Source: a virus
Taxonomy: Duplodnaviria; Heunggongvirae; Uroviricota; Caudoviricetes
Reading direction: 5' to 3' (one strand)
IMG/VR virus record: IMGVR_UViG_2855308460_000004
Length of the DNA: 64,000 bases
Positions within the stretch are counted from its first letter, which is position 1. Each line of letters starts with the position of its first letter. Below the pieces are notes generated by a model. It was not told the DNA's origin. It worked only from the letters and a program-made list of their open reading frames with translations, and ran no database searches. Of this stretch, positions 7,814 to 17,412 are shown piece by piece. Position numbers and translations under genes: made by a program.

Positions 7814-9121
7814 ATGAATAAAAGAATTGTAGAAATAAGTGCAGCTGTAATGTTAGCATTGACAACAGTCTTAGCACTTATTGCTTTTATAGGATATAAA
7901 AAGGTAGATCAGACACTGGGATTAATGCAAAGAACAGATAAAGAAGAAATAAAGGAAATGACAAATCCAAATATATCGAATGATGTTGTGTCAACCTTAA
8001 AAGAGAATTGGACAGTCGCATTATTTGGGCTCGATACAAGGGATACAGATGGTCTGTCGGGTGCAAATTCTGATGTAATCATTCTTGCATCTATTAATAA
8101 TAAAACTGGTGATATTAATTTAATTTCTGTATATCGGGATACATGTTTAAAAACTGGTGATAATCGATACCGAAAAGTAAATGAAGCATATGCAATTGGC
8201 GGACCTAAGAAGGCTGTAGAGGTACTAAATGAAAACCTTGATTTGGAAATTGATGACTATGTAGCGGTAAATTGGAAAGCTGTTGCAACAGCAATTAATA
8301 TTTTAGGCGGAGTCGATATTGAAATCACAAAAGATGAATTGAAATATATCAATGGATATATAACAGAAACAGTGAATAGTACAGGAATAGGGTCATATCA
8401 GATACATGAAGCAGGGATGCAGCATTTGGATGGAATTCAAGCAGTTGCATATTCAAGAATCCGATATACAGCAGGAAATGATTATAAGCGGACAGAACGC
8501 CAAAGAACAGTCCTTGCTGCTGTTTTAGAGAAAGCAAAACATTCAGATTGGTCTACGCTTAATAATGTCATAGTGACTGTTTTCCCAATGACATCTTCAT
8601 CCATCGATACAAATGATGTGATTACAGTTGCTATGAATGTCGCTAATTATAAATTAATAAAAACAGGAGGGTTCCCATTTGATGTAATTGAAAAAAGCGT
8701 GGATAAGCAGGATTATGTTTTTCCTGATACGCTCGAAACTAACGTCTCTAAATTACATGAATTTTTATATGGAACAGACGCCTATACTCCTTCAGATAAA
8801 ATATCTTCCATTAGTAATAAAATTGATAATAAGCGCTTAGGAAGTAAAAGGAACATAAGCAGCACAATCCAACAGGAAACAATGCCAACTGAAGTAAATA
8901 ATGAACCAGAAACAGAAGAGGCAATGTCACAGACAGTAGCCATAGTAAGTGATGAAACAGAAGAAAATATGGATAATATGACAGAACCAGAAACCAATAT
9001 AGAACCGGAAGTAGGCCCGGGAATACAAATTTCAACGCCAGAAGAAAAAACAAAAGAAAACTATGGACCAGGATTTGAAATAGAAATAGAGGAAACTGAA
9101 GAAGCCCAAAGCCCTTCATAA
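7814..9121 (+). CDS. LCP (LytR-CpsA-Psr) family protein with an N-terminal TM and acidic C-terminal tail
   Basis: LCP motifs: LFGLDTRDTDG…SDVIILASIN, YRDT, AVNWKAVATAINILGGVDIEI. Confidence 0.75.
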   Translation: MNKRIVEISAAVMLALTTVLALIAFIGYKKVDQTLGLMQRTDKEEIKEMTNPNISNDVVSTLKENWTVALFGLDTRDTDGLSGANSDVIILASINNKTGDINLISVYRDTCLKTGDNRYRKVNEAYAIGGPKKAVEVLNENLDLEIDDYVAVNWKAVATAINILGGVDIEITKDELKYINGYITETVNSTGIGSYQIHEAGMQHLDGIQAVAYSRIRYTAGNDYKRTERQRTVLAAVLEKAKHSDWSTLNNVIVTVFPMTSSSIDTNDVITVAMNVANYKLIKTGGFPFDVIEKSVDKQDYVFPDTLETNVSKLHEFLYGTDAYTPSDKISSISNKIDNKRLGSKRNISSTIQQETMPTEVNNEPETEEAMSQTVAIVSDETEENMDNMTEPETNIEPEVGPGIQISTPEEKTKENYGPGFEIEIEETEEAQSPS

Positions 9122-9230
9122 AATAGCTAGAAAAATCAAAGATAAACCTTAGTGGTTTATCTTTTTTGTAATTTTTGTTTTTCGAAACCAACTTACATAC
9201 TTTAATTATATTAATGTGTGGAGGTGAAGT

Positions 9231-9872
9231 ATGGCTGAACAAGTGAGAATGGTATTTCAACCTATTTTTGATAAAACAATGCAGGTGTTTGCATACGAGG
9301 GATTAATGAGATTTACAGATACAACGATTGTAAAAGTAATAAGTGAGTGCAGGTCATATTCCGACTTTTACGAAATAGAAAAACTGACATTTTTTAAAGC
9401 TTTACAGGAATATCAAAAACGTAACTATAAAGAAAAACTTTTTATTAACTCGTTCCCTCATGTCCATCTAAGCAAAGCTGATCTGTCTGAAATAATTTCT
9501 CATCACAAGGATACATTAAAAAAAGTAGTAATAGAAATACTTGAATATCCAGATTTAGACCAAGCATCAGTCAAGCAAAAAAAAGATGATGTTAGAAATT
9601 ACGAAGTATTATTTGCAATTGATGATTATGGAGTAAATACATTTGAAAATCTGAAATCAATTGCTCCGGCTTATCTAAAGATTGACAGAAGTATTATTTC
9701 TGGGATACATGAGGACAAAGAAAAACAAAATCAGTTGGATAGTATTCTAGAAATTGCAGATAAATATTCATGTCTTACAATTGCCGAAGGAATAGAAACA
9801 GATAATGAGTTATCTTATTTAAAAAATAAGGTTAATTATTTTCAGGGTTTTCTTTTAGGAAAACCAAATTAA
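9231..9872 (+). CDS. Stand-alone EAL-domain protein (c-di-GMP phosphodiesterase-like), 213 aa
   Basis: YEGLMR (EAL motif), DDYGVN (DDFGTG), LKIDRS, AEGIET, FQGFLLGKP. Confidence 0.7.
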   Translation: MAEQVRMVFQPIFDKTMQVFAYEGLMRFTDTTIVKVISECRSYSDFYEIEKLTFFKALQEYQKRNYKEKLFINSFPHVHLSKADLSEIISHHKDTLKKVVIEILEYPDLDQASVKQKKDDVRNYEVLFAIDDYGVNTFENLKSIAPAYLKIDRSIISGIHEDKEKQNQLDSILEIADKYSCLTIAEGIETDNELSYLKNKVNYFQGFLLGKPN

Positions 9873-9951
9873 AAAGGCCATCAGGCCTTTTATTTATTAA
9901 TAATTATAGACATTATATTACAGAATAAATAAAGATAAAGGAGAAAATATT

Positions 9952-10707
9952 ATGTCAGTTGTACTCAATACAAAAAAAGAATTGTTTTTAGGGAAAAGAC
10001 CTTTTAAGTCAAGAAAGATGGATAAAGATGAATTTGCTAGTCTGGCAAAAGAACTGTATGACAAAATAAAAAATCAGTATAAAGATGAATATGAAGACTA
10101 TTTTGAAGAGGATAACAATACTACAGATTCTCAATTATGGGCTATCGATATATTTGTCAACGAATATGATGGAGATGAATTACCAGAGGAACTGAAATTA
10201 TACTATGAGGACTTAAGCGAAGTTATTGGTGCTGGAATGACCATAATGAACTGGGAAGATGAGCCAGGCCAGTTTAGTATTCAGACATTGGATAATGGAT
10301 TCACTTATATGAAAGTATATTCTTCTGTTGGAGATGATGCGTTTAGACCAATGTGTAACATTATCTACTTTAATCAGGATAACAAATTGCGATTGTATGT
10401 CCCATATTGTGGAAACTTAGTATTTGTTGGAGCGGATACACAAATGTGTGTATATGGCGGATATGGAGAAGAAGAACGTGAAATCAAGAAATTATTTGAC
10501 GAAGCAAAAAGTTCTAATGGACCAGCTGAATTAAATATCATGGGAAAAGTTTTTATGTGCTATTATAAGGATGAAACCTTCTATAAGTTATATGGACAGA
10601 AATATGGTATGAATTGTTCAGATGAAGATTTTAATTCTGACGAAGATTTTATTTTTGATGAAGAACTTATGCTTGAAGACATTAAATCAAATGTCATTTT
10701 AGAATAA
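9952..10707 (+). CDS. Hypothetical acidic protein (251 aa)
   Basis: ORF with RBS; D/E-rich. Confidence 0.5.
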   Translation: MSVVLNTKKELFLGKRPFKSRKMDKDEFASLAKELYDKIKNQYKDEYEDYFEEDNNTTDSQLWAIDIFVNEYDGDELPEELKLYYEDLSEVIGAGMTIMNWEDEPGQFSIQTLDNGFTYMKVYSSVGDDAFRPMCNIIYFNQDNKLRLYVPYCGNLVFVGADTQMCVYGGYGEEEREIKKLFDEAKSSNGPAELNIMGKVFMCYYKDETFYKLYGQKYGMNCSDEDFNSDEDFIFDEELMLEDIKSNVILE

Positions 10708-10791
10708 AAGGCTGAAAAGCCTTTTTTTAACTTAGCATTTTTACTCAATCATGTCATACTAACTATAAGAAAAGAGAAAGGTGATTAAAAT

Positions 10792-12114
10792 ATGTTTGTA
10801 TTAATGAAAAATAAAGGGACAAGAAATAAAATATTATTGATTTTAGGATTCATAATATTTGTTCGTATTGGAAGTATTATTCCAATACCTGGGATTAATA
10901 GTGAATATATGAAATCAATCATATCAGGATCCGGATTTCAGTTCTTTAATATGATTACAGGTAACTCTTTTTCCAAGATGTCTCTATTTGCACTAAGTAT
11001 AAGTCCATATATCACAGCGTCAATCATCATCCAATTAATGACTGTAATAATTCCTAAATTAGAAGATTTAAGTAAGGATGGAAAAACAGGACTAGAAAAG
11101 ATTCAAAAAATAACAAATGTTACTGGAATTATAATAGGTTTCATCCAATCTTTTTTCATGGCAGTCAGTTTGGGATCAAAAGGTCTTCTTAATCCATATA
11201 CATGGTGGATGGTTTTGATTGCAACCTGCATCTGGACATTAGGAGCTACTATTTTAATCATAATGGGTGAGAAGATAACGAAACTGGACCTTGGAAATGG
11301 AATATCCTTTATATTATTATTCAATATCCTATCTACATTCCCTGGTGATCTAATGGTTGTCTATGAACGGTTTTCATATGATAGTAAACCAGTTGCAATT
11401 GCTTTAAAACTTTTTTTGGCAATAGCCGTATTCATGGTTTTCCTGGCTGGATGTATCTATTTGAATTTATCTGAAAAAAGAATACAGATAAGATTTTCTA
11501 GAAAGAGCATAAATAATGAGCAAGGAAAAGATTTGCCAATATCATTGAATATCTGTAATGTGATGCCAGTCATTTTTACTGGAAGTATTATAAGCATGGT
11601 TAACATTGCAGCAACTTTCAGCTCCAATCAAATACTATTAACAATTTCAAAATACTTATCACCCAATAATTGGTTTATAATAGGTAGTCTAAAATATACA
11701 TTAGGTTGCATTGTATATATACTGCTTGCCTATTTCTTTGCAAATTTTTATTTAGACATAGCATTTAATGCCACTGAAATTGCACAAAGATTGAAAGCTC
11801 AAGGTGCTACCATTCCAGGAATTAGGCCAGGAAAACCAACATCAGAATTTTTACATACAAATGCGTTTGAAATGATGGTACTAGGGACTGGTTTGATGTT
11901 GTGCATTGTTCTGGGAGCATCTTTGGTGTGTAATATCTTTGGAATAGGTGTTTTGAGTATTGGCGGTACATCTATCCTAATCTGCGTTAATGTAATCATA
12001 GAAACATACAAAAAAATTAAAACAGCTGCCCAAAGTGTAAGGGTTCAGAGTTACTATAAGAAAAAGAATAGCAGAAAGTCATTATTCCAGATGAAAGGAG
12101 TCTATAATGTTTAA
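10792..12114 (+). CDS. secY: SecY preprotein translocase subunit homolog (440 aa), outside any ribosomal-protein operon
   Basis: FVRIGSIIPIPGIN; FALSISPYITASIIIQLMTVI; GKTGLEKIQKITN; GNGISFIL; GIRPGKPTSEFL; GGTSILI — these match SecY signatures across all regions. Confidence 0.85.
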   Translation: MFVLMKNKGTRNKILLILGFIIFVRIGSIIPIPGINSEYMKSIISGSGFQFFNMITGNSFSKMSLFALSISPYITASIIIQLMTVIIPKLEDLSKDGKTGLEKIQKITNVTGIIIGFIQSFFMAVSLGSKGLLNPYTWWMVLIATCIWTLGATILIIMGEKITKLDLGNGISFILLFNILSTFPGDLMVVYERFSYDSKPVAIALKLFLAIAVFMVFLAGCIYLNLSEKRIQIRFSRKSINNEQGKDLPISLNICNVMPVIFTGSIISMVNIAATFSSNQILLTISKYLSPNNWFIIGSLKYTLGCIVYILLAYFFANFYLDIAFNATEIAQRLKAQGATIPGIRPGKPTSEFLHTNAFEMMVLGTGLMLCIVLGASLVCNIFGIGVLSIGGTSILICVNVIIETYKKIKTAAQSVRVQSYYKKKNSRKSLFQMKGVYNV

Positions 12115-12256
12115 TCGCATTCACCAAATGTATATACCAGATAAGATTAAAGTAATTAAAACAATGGTAATGGTAAGCTTGTCTATTTTAATATTGTCAA
12201 GCTTTGTATTTAGTATTGACACACTTATTGCAGGAATATATCAGATGATAATATAA
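12107..12256 (+). CDS. Possible small membrane protein (49 aa) overlapping the secY stop
   Basis: ATG overlaps the secY stop; hydrophobic. Confidence 0.25.
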   Translation: MFNRIHQMYIPDKIKVIKTMVMVSLSILILSSFVFSIDTLIAGIYQMII

Positions 12257-12262
12257 AATAAA

Positions 12263-12283
12263 AAGAAGGCGCAAGCCTTCTTT
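12263..12283. terminator. Bidirectional terminator between secY (+) and clpP (−)
   Basis: gaaggc-gcaa-gccttc flanked by A and T runs. Confidence 0.6.
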
Positions 12284-12878
12284 ATTTTGTTGATACGATT
12301 GTATCTACAATACCATATGCCAATGCTTCATCAGCAGTCAGATAGTTGTCTCTTTCTGTATCTTCACATACCGTGACATAGGGCTTCCCGGTATTCTCAG
12401 ATAAAATTCTGTTTAAACGTTCTTTGGTTTTTTTAATATGGTCAGCGACAATCAGGATTTCGGTTGCCTGGCCTTTTGCACCTCCACTTGGCTGATGAAT
12501 CATTACCTCCGCATTCGGCATAATCATACGTTTGCCTTTTGTACCACCAGCAAGCAGGAATGCTCCCATGCTAGCAGCCATTCCCATACAGATTGTGGAA
12601 ACATCACTTTTGATATATTTCATTGTGTCATAAATAGCCATCCCTGCAGTTACAGACCCACCCGGACTGTTAATGTATAAATAAATATCTTTACCAGGAT
12701 CAACAGAATCCAAAAATAGAAGCTGAGAAGTGATAGAGGCGGCCATTTCATCACAAACTTCTCCAGTTAACATGATGATTCTGTCATTAAGTAATCTTGA
12801 AAAAATATCATATGATCTTTCTCCAGTAGCTGTTCTTTCTATTACATATGGCATTGTAGTCATATTCGTATATCCCAT
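12282..12878 (-). CDS. clpP: ATP-dependent Clp protease proteolytic subunit ClpP
   Basis: Ser-His-Asp motifs [31 protein letters not shown]; bacterial-type length. Confidence 0.9.
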   Translation of the reverse strand: MGYTNMTTMPYVIERTATGERSYDIFSRLLNDRIIMLTGEVCDEMAASITSQLLFLDSVDPGKDIYLYINSPGGSVTAGMAIYDTMKYIKSDVSTICMGMAASMGAFLLAGGTKGKRMIMPNAEVMIHQPSGGAKGQATEILIVADHIKKTKERLNRILSENTGKPYVTVCEDTERDNYLTADEALAYGIVDTIVSTK

Positions 12879-13101
12879 AATTATATCTCCTTTTATTCTA
12901 TAAATTTTACATGTTTATAATGTTAAAAAAAAGGACCATATAACTACTAAATTGTATTCTGTGCGTATTACGGTTTGTGACCATCGATAATTTCGAATTA
13001 TATCGGAAGTTAAAATGACATTATATATGCATCAACAGAAATAGATGGAGCATATTTAATGTTTTTATATTTCTGTATTAAAACAAAAGGAGAATTTCAA
13101 T

Positions 13102-13620
13102 ATGAAACTTACTATTATTGGAAAAACTGTTACAATTACGGATGGTATGAGGGAGGCTATTACCGAAAAGCTTTCTAAATGTGATAAATATTTAAAGGAA
13201 AACACGCCGGTAAGAGTAGTTGTCCGAACTGTAAGAGATGACCAAATCATTGAGGTAGCCATTCCAACTGGAAAGAATAAGGAAATCCGAGCAGAACGCA
13301 GAAGTAAGGATCTTTATGAAGCAATTGATTTGGTAGAAGAAGTTCTCAACAGACAGCTTAGGAAACAGAAAGAAAAGAAATTAGATAAGAAACGTATACC
13401 GGTTATGTTTTTAGAAACAGAGCCAGAAGCAGAAATCAAACCGCTTATTATGAAAGAAAAACAGTTTGATTTACAGATGATGACTCCTGAAGAGGCGGTT
13501 GAGGAACTGGAGGCTTTAGACCATGACTTTCATTTATTTATGAATGTGATGGATGGTAGGGTAGGTGTCGTATATAGAAGGAAAGAGGCTGGATACGGGC
13601 TGCTTGCAGCAAATATGTAA
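13102..13620 (+). CDS. hpf: Ribosome hibernation promoting factor (long HPF/RaiA family)
   Basis: MKLTIIGK…ITDGMREAI; N-terminal RaiA fold plus a C-terminal dimerisation domain; 172 aa. Confidence 0.75.
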   Translation: MKLTIIGKTVTITDGMREAITEKLSKCDKYLKENTPVRVVVRTVRDDQIIEVAIPTGKNKEIRAERRSKDLYEAIDLVEEVLNRQLRKQKEKKLDKKRIPVMFLETEPEAEIKPLIMKEKQFDLQMMTPEEAVEELEALDHDFHLFMNVMDGRVGVVYRRKEAGYGLLAANM

Positions 13621-13645
13621 GAGAGGGAAACCTCTCTTTTTGTTT
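13621..13645 (+). terminator. Intrinsic terminator
   Basis: gagagg-gaaa-cctctc + T-run. Confidence 0.6.
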
Positions 13646-13697
13646 TGAGGAATTATCATACATATTATCTCAAAGATGAAAAAATGGAGATAAAATT

Positions 13698-14111
13698 ATG
13701 ATGATAGAGAAATATTTTGAGATGACAAAGAGAGTGGCCATGAACTCTGAATTCAACAGAGTCCATGTTGGATGTATTGCCATTTATAAAGGCAGAATGA
13801 TAGGTTCAGGTTTCAATTCAGAGAAGACACATCCAATGCAGTATCACTATAACCGATATCGGCAGAATGATAATGTGATATCAGCTAATCTGTTGCCAAA
13901 GATTCATGCTGAAATCATGTGCATCAGTAGCATAAAAAACCAGGATATTGATTTTAAAAAGGTTAAGCTATTTATCTATAGAATTAGAAATGACCAGCCT
14001 TTTGGTATTGCAAGGCCATGCGCGGCATGCATGAATGCAATAAAAGATTTAGGAATCAAAAATATATACTATACAACTGATGTGGGTTATGCACATGAAT
14101 ACTTGGCCTGA
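13698..14111 (+). CDS. dCMP/cytidine deaminase-family zinc enzyme (137 aa)
   Basis: HAE…PCAAC zinc-binding signature. Confidence 0.65.
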   Translation: MMIEKYFEMTKRVAMNSEFNRVHVGCIAIYKGRMIGSGFNSEKTHPMQYHYNRYRQNDNVISANLLPKIHAEIMCISSIKNQDIDFKKVKLFIYRIRNDQPFGIARPCAACMNAIKDLGIKNIYYTTDVGYAHEYLA

Positions 14112-14147
14112 ATTATCTTAATAACAAAAAAGAGGCATCTGCCTCTT

Positions 14148-14789
14148 TTATTTTGACTCAAAATACGATTTCAATTTCTCGTTATGATGAAGTAAAGTAA
14201 TCAGTGTTTTATCATTGCCTTTTAACACGGTTTCAACCATATCATACGGAAGAAACTGTAACGCGCACATGGTTTTTTTAATATGATAATCCATATCAAA
14301 ATATGTGCGGATATAATATTCCTGCAGATTTGGAATCTCTCCTATAAACGGCTGACAATCAGGATCTGACATGATTTCTTTTCGTATATCCATTGGACAT
14401 AAAGGATGTATCATGATTTGAGTCCGAACAGCATAATCATCGGGTAATAAAGAATTATTATATACAAGCCTCAGAAAATCACAGGTACAGTCTTTCTTAT
14501 TCTCCACTATTTTATACTTTAAATAAGTCGTTGCTGTTTTTAGGACTTGCTTAATGAGTTCTGGTGGACAGTTTGGAGCGGTTGCAATCGCTAATTGTAT
14601 TTTTTCATTATTGCTATCGACATATGACCACAACTCATGAATGGAAATCTTCCCTAAGGTACAATCTTCATAGAAGGTATCAGAAACAGTTTCTATTTCT
14701 TTAATAAAGCCATATTTCCTTAATCTGTTTTTTATTTTATTAAGGAAAAAATATATATGCAACCTGTATTTTAATCTGCTTAACTTCAT
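14148..14789 (-). CDS. Hypothetical protein (213 aa)
   Basis: ORF flanked by terminators. Confidence 0.5.
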   Translation of the reverse strand: MKLSRLKYRLHIYFFLNKIKNRLRKYGFIKEIETVSDTFYEDCTLGKISIHELWSYVDSNNEKIQLAIATAPNCPPELIKQVLKTATTYLKYKIVENKKDCTCDFLRLVYNNSLLPDDYAVRTQIMIHPLCPMDIRKEIMSDPDCQPFIGEIPNLQEYYIRTYFDMDYHIKKTMCALQFLPYDMVETVLKGNDKTLITLLHHNEKLKSYFESK

Positions 14790-14901
14790 GTTTTCCTCCT
14801 GTTATCTTTGATACTAATAGTATGAAATGAAATGATGTAATATAATTATCAACTTAGATTTATTGACATTATACTACTATAAACAGATGAAAGGAGTAAA
14901 T

Positions 14902-15504
14902 ATGCATAAAGTTATAAATTTAGATGAAACCTTTTATCGGATTTCTAGGAACCAGATAAAGAACCTGCATGGAAAAAGAGAATTTTTACATAGCATCTTG
15001 GTCGATTATACAAGATGGTTTGGAAATATAACAGACGCAACGAGAACTTACCCAGAATGGCAGATTACAGGTAATGATATGGTCAGGAAATATACAAATG
15101 GATACAAGGCTATATACACATTAAAGGATGTTGAATATTTTGATGGGTATGGAAGACGGATTAATCCCAGAGATTATTTACCAGAGGCAATGAGAACCGT
15201 GAAGCTGCAGAATATATATAATCCGACATATTATATCCGAGGAAGAAGGATATCACATCACTATAGATACCGGATGGATCCCGTCCCTTACACCGGGAAG
15301 ATAAAGGGCGGATGTTCAGGAACAAAGAAATTTAGAGGGCTTAAGCGTATTTATCAACAAGCTTCAGACCCTGAATATGGAAAATATATAAGAAAGAAAG
15401 CTTTGCCAGTGGGACCACACTTAACATGGGACTGTGAAGCTTATGAAGAAACAAGGTTACATGAATCTTGGAAAAAACAAAAGAAGCGCAAACAATGGAT
15501 GTAA
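14902..15504 (+). CDS. Hypothetical protein (~200 aa; start at the ATG after RBS aaaggag)
   Basis: ORF with RBS. Confidence 0.5.
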   Translation: MHKVINLDETFYRISRNQIKNLHGKREFLHSILVDYTRWFGNITDATRTYPEWQITGNDMVRKYTNGYKAIYTLKDVEYFDGYGRRINPRDYLPEAMRTVKLQNIYNPTYYIRGRRISHHYRYRMDPVPYTGKIKGGCSGTKKFRGLKRIYQQASDPEYGKYIRKKALPVGPHLTWDCEAYEETRLHESWKKQKKRKQWM

Positions 15505-15526
15505 TTGAGATGAGGAAAGGATTAGT

Positions 15527-15949
15527 ATGGATAGAGAAAAATTAATAGAATATAACGAAATATTAAAGAGACGGGCATTAACGAATACCGAGTGGGATGA
15601 AATAAAAGAGATTATTGAAAGAAACCGGAATAACCAAAGCTTTATATTAGAGGAACTTTGCCCTCTTGTTGCAGTAAGATTCAATGGAGGTCAAAGTTCC
15701 TATGAACTTTTCCTTAAAATAATGTGTAAAGTATTAAATGATGACCCAAAACATATCTTGATTGGGAATGGAATAATTGCAAGAGTTGAAAAGAATGAAC
15801 TTGGAGATGGCGGTGGAGCATATATTGCTTTTGTAATGGGAGACGTTATAATCGGAGCAATGAGTGCCATAGAGGAGTATACAGAATTTATCAATGATAG
15901 ATTGGTATTTAATGAAATTAGAGATCAGATTCTTAGACATTTTTTATAA
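15527..15949 (+). CDS. Hypothetical protein (140 aa)
   Basis: ORF with RBS aggaaagga. Confidence 0.5.
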   Translation: MDREKLIEYNEILKRRALTNTEWDEIKEIIERNRNNQSFILEELCPLVAVRFNGGQSSYELFLKIMCKVLNDDPKHILIGNGIIARVEKNELGDGGGAYIAFVMGDVIIGAMSAIEEYTEFINDRLVFNEIRDQILRHFL

Positions 15950-15970
15950 AAGGCATTCATTGCCTTTTTA
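15949..15970 (+). terminator. Intrinsic terminator
   Basis: aggca-ttcat-tgcct + T-run. Confidence 0.55.
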
Positions 15971-15995
15971 ATTTACCAGGCTGATGGCTTTCTAA

Positions 15996-16092
15996 TAATA
16001 AAAATAAATTTTTTTTTAAAAAAGGTTAACAAAATAGAAAAATCAATCATAATATATATGTAATAAAAAATTACTAAAGCTGTCCATATGTG
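15996..16092 (+). repeat. Copy B of the conserved upstream module with the same promoter (TTAACA 16026–16031, 17-bp spacer, ATAATA 16049–16054)
   Basis: About 90% identical to 21–123. Confidence 0.6.
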
Positions 16093-16458
16093 AGTATCTA
16101 AATAATGGTCATTGAGCATAGATATATCTTATAGAAGAAGTGATTCTTCCATAAGAAAATCGATTGCTGACTACACACCAATAGCCACCATTAAAAAGAT
16201 GCGTTACTTCCTTCATAATAATAAAAAATAACATTATCCAAAGGTGAAATAATAGTACACATGCTTACAGTTAAAAAGAAGAAAGGAGATTAATGAAATG
16301 AGATATCGTTGTCAGTTATTGCAGGTTTGTTTAGAACAATGTACTACTCTTAAAAAACAGGAGTGGTTAGTTTTGAATGCAAAAATTGAATGATGATATC
16401 GAAGTATTATTAATCCATAAAACTATTTATGTATAGATTTCGTGCTATACACAATTAT

Positions 16459-16486
16459 GGGATTACTTCGGTAGTCCCATTTTTAT
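16459..16486 (+). terminator. Terminator/attenuator hairpin immediately upstream of tRNA array 2
   Basis: gggattac-ttcg-gtagtccc + TTTTT. Confidence 0.55.
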
Positions 16487-16488
16487 TT

Positions 16489-16570
16489 GCTCGCATGGCG
16501 GAACAGGAAGACGCATGGGACTTAAAATCCCAGGAAGAAATTCGTGAGGGTTCGATTCCCTCTGTGAGTA
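16489..16570 (+). tRNA. tRNA-Leu (TAA), class II
   Basis: Anticodon arm tggga-ctTAAaa-tccca, long variable arm, T-arm gaggg-ttcgatt-ccctc. Confidence 0.7.
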
Positions 16571-16575
16571 CTGAT

Positions 16576-16647
16576 AGATCGATGGTGTAAATGGCAACAT
16601 GATGGTCTCCAAAACCATTGCTCAGGGTTCGAGTCCCTGTCGGTCTG
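16576..16647 (+). tRNA. tRNA-Trp (CCA)
   Basis: Anticodon arm atggt-ctCCAaa-accat. Confidence 0.8.
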
Positions 16648-16651
16648 TTAT

Positions 16652-16736
16652 ACGGCTATTGCCAAGCGGTAAGGCGGGAGGCTTTGACCCTCTTAAATAT
16701 CAATAGATTTCGCTGGTTCGAATCCAGCTAGCCGTG
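16652..16736 (+). tRNA. Class II-shaped tRNA (Ser-like D-arm, 18-nt variable region) with ambiguous anticodon (loop ctttgac: TTG or shifted TGA)
   Basis: Perfect acceptor acggcta/tagccgt; D-arm gcc-aagcggtaa-ggc; T-arm gctgg-ttcgaat-ccagc. Confidence 0.45.
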
Positions 16737-16763
16737 TTATATAACTACCAAAGTTATAATCCT

Positions 16764-16836
16764 GGCCGCATAGTCGAGTGGTTATGACGGGAGCCTTTCA
16801 AGCTTCAGGTGTCGGGTTCAATTCCCACTGCGGTCA
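16764..16836 (+). tRNA. tRNA-Glu (TTC); T-stem has mismatches
   Basis: Anticodon arm ggagc-ctTTCaa-gcttc; acceptor ggccgca/tgcggtc. Confidence 0.5.
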
Positions 16837-16862
16837 TTATATCAAAATAAGGAGATAAAAAA

Positions 16863-16898
16863 ATGAAACGAAAAACAGAACGTACGAAAACAGAATGA
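16863..16898 (+). CDS. 11-codon mini-ORF (MKRKTERTKTE) with a strong RBS inside the tRNA array
   Basis: aaggagat, 8-nt spacer, then ATG; ends 9 nt before tRNA-Lys. Confidence 0.25.
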   Translation: MKRKTERTKTE

Positions 16899-16906
16899 AA
16901 TTATAC

Positions 16907-16980
16907 GCGCCTGTAGCTCAGTTGGCTAAAGCAACCGGCTTTTAACCGGTAGACCGTGGGTTCGAGTCCCACTAGGCGCA
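16907..16980 (+). tRNA. tRNA-Lys (TTT)
   Basis: Anticodon arm accgg-ctTTTaa-ccggt. Confidence 0.8.
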
Positions 16981-16984
16981 TTTA

Positions 16985-17066
16985 GCACGTATCGCCTAGT
17001 GGTAGGGCACTCGACTTTTAATCGAGAGGCACATGGCCATCCTGGGTTCGAATCCCAGTACGTGCA
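16985..17066 (+). tRNA. tRNA-Lys(TTT)-like with an anomalous 15-nt variable region (82 nt)
   Basis: Perfect acceptor gcacgta/tacgtgc; anticodon arm ctcga-ctTTTaa-tcgag; T-arm ctggg-ttcgaat-cccag. Confidence 0.45.
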
Positions 17067-17071
17067 TTCAT

Positions 17072-17143
17072 GCATCGTAGCCCATGCGGAGTGGGAACAG
17101 TCTGCAAAACTGTCTTTGGTCGGTTCGACTCCGACACGATGCT
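17072..17143 (+). tRNA. tRNA-Cys (GCA)
   Basis: Perfect acceptor; anticodon arm acagt-ctGCAaa-actgt. Confidence 0.8.
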
Positions 17144-17412
17144 TGTGCATATTATCGCTGTGGCAAAAAAAGTACTAAAGATATCGGAAACAGCATAAAA
17201 CGACTCTTTGGTAAATAGCACAGACGCATGGAACTAACAATTGTGAAATGCGGAGCAGACAGGATAGGAAAATTGATATGCTGGTCAAAATTACTACTGT
17301 AAAAAAACATGGTATATGAAACTATATCTGCGTAAAGTGGTGAGGTTCTTTTGGATGCCCGATGAAATAAAAATAATGCTTTCGGCCAACTCCACGTAAT
17401 ATGCCCAATTAA

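Noticed and set aside
8811-9260. 149-aa minus ORF
   Set aside because: Antisense to the LCP gene's low-complexity acidic tail; a compositional artefact.
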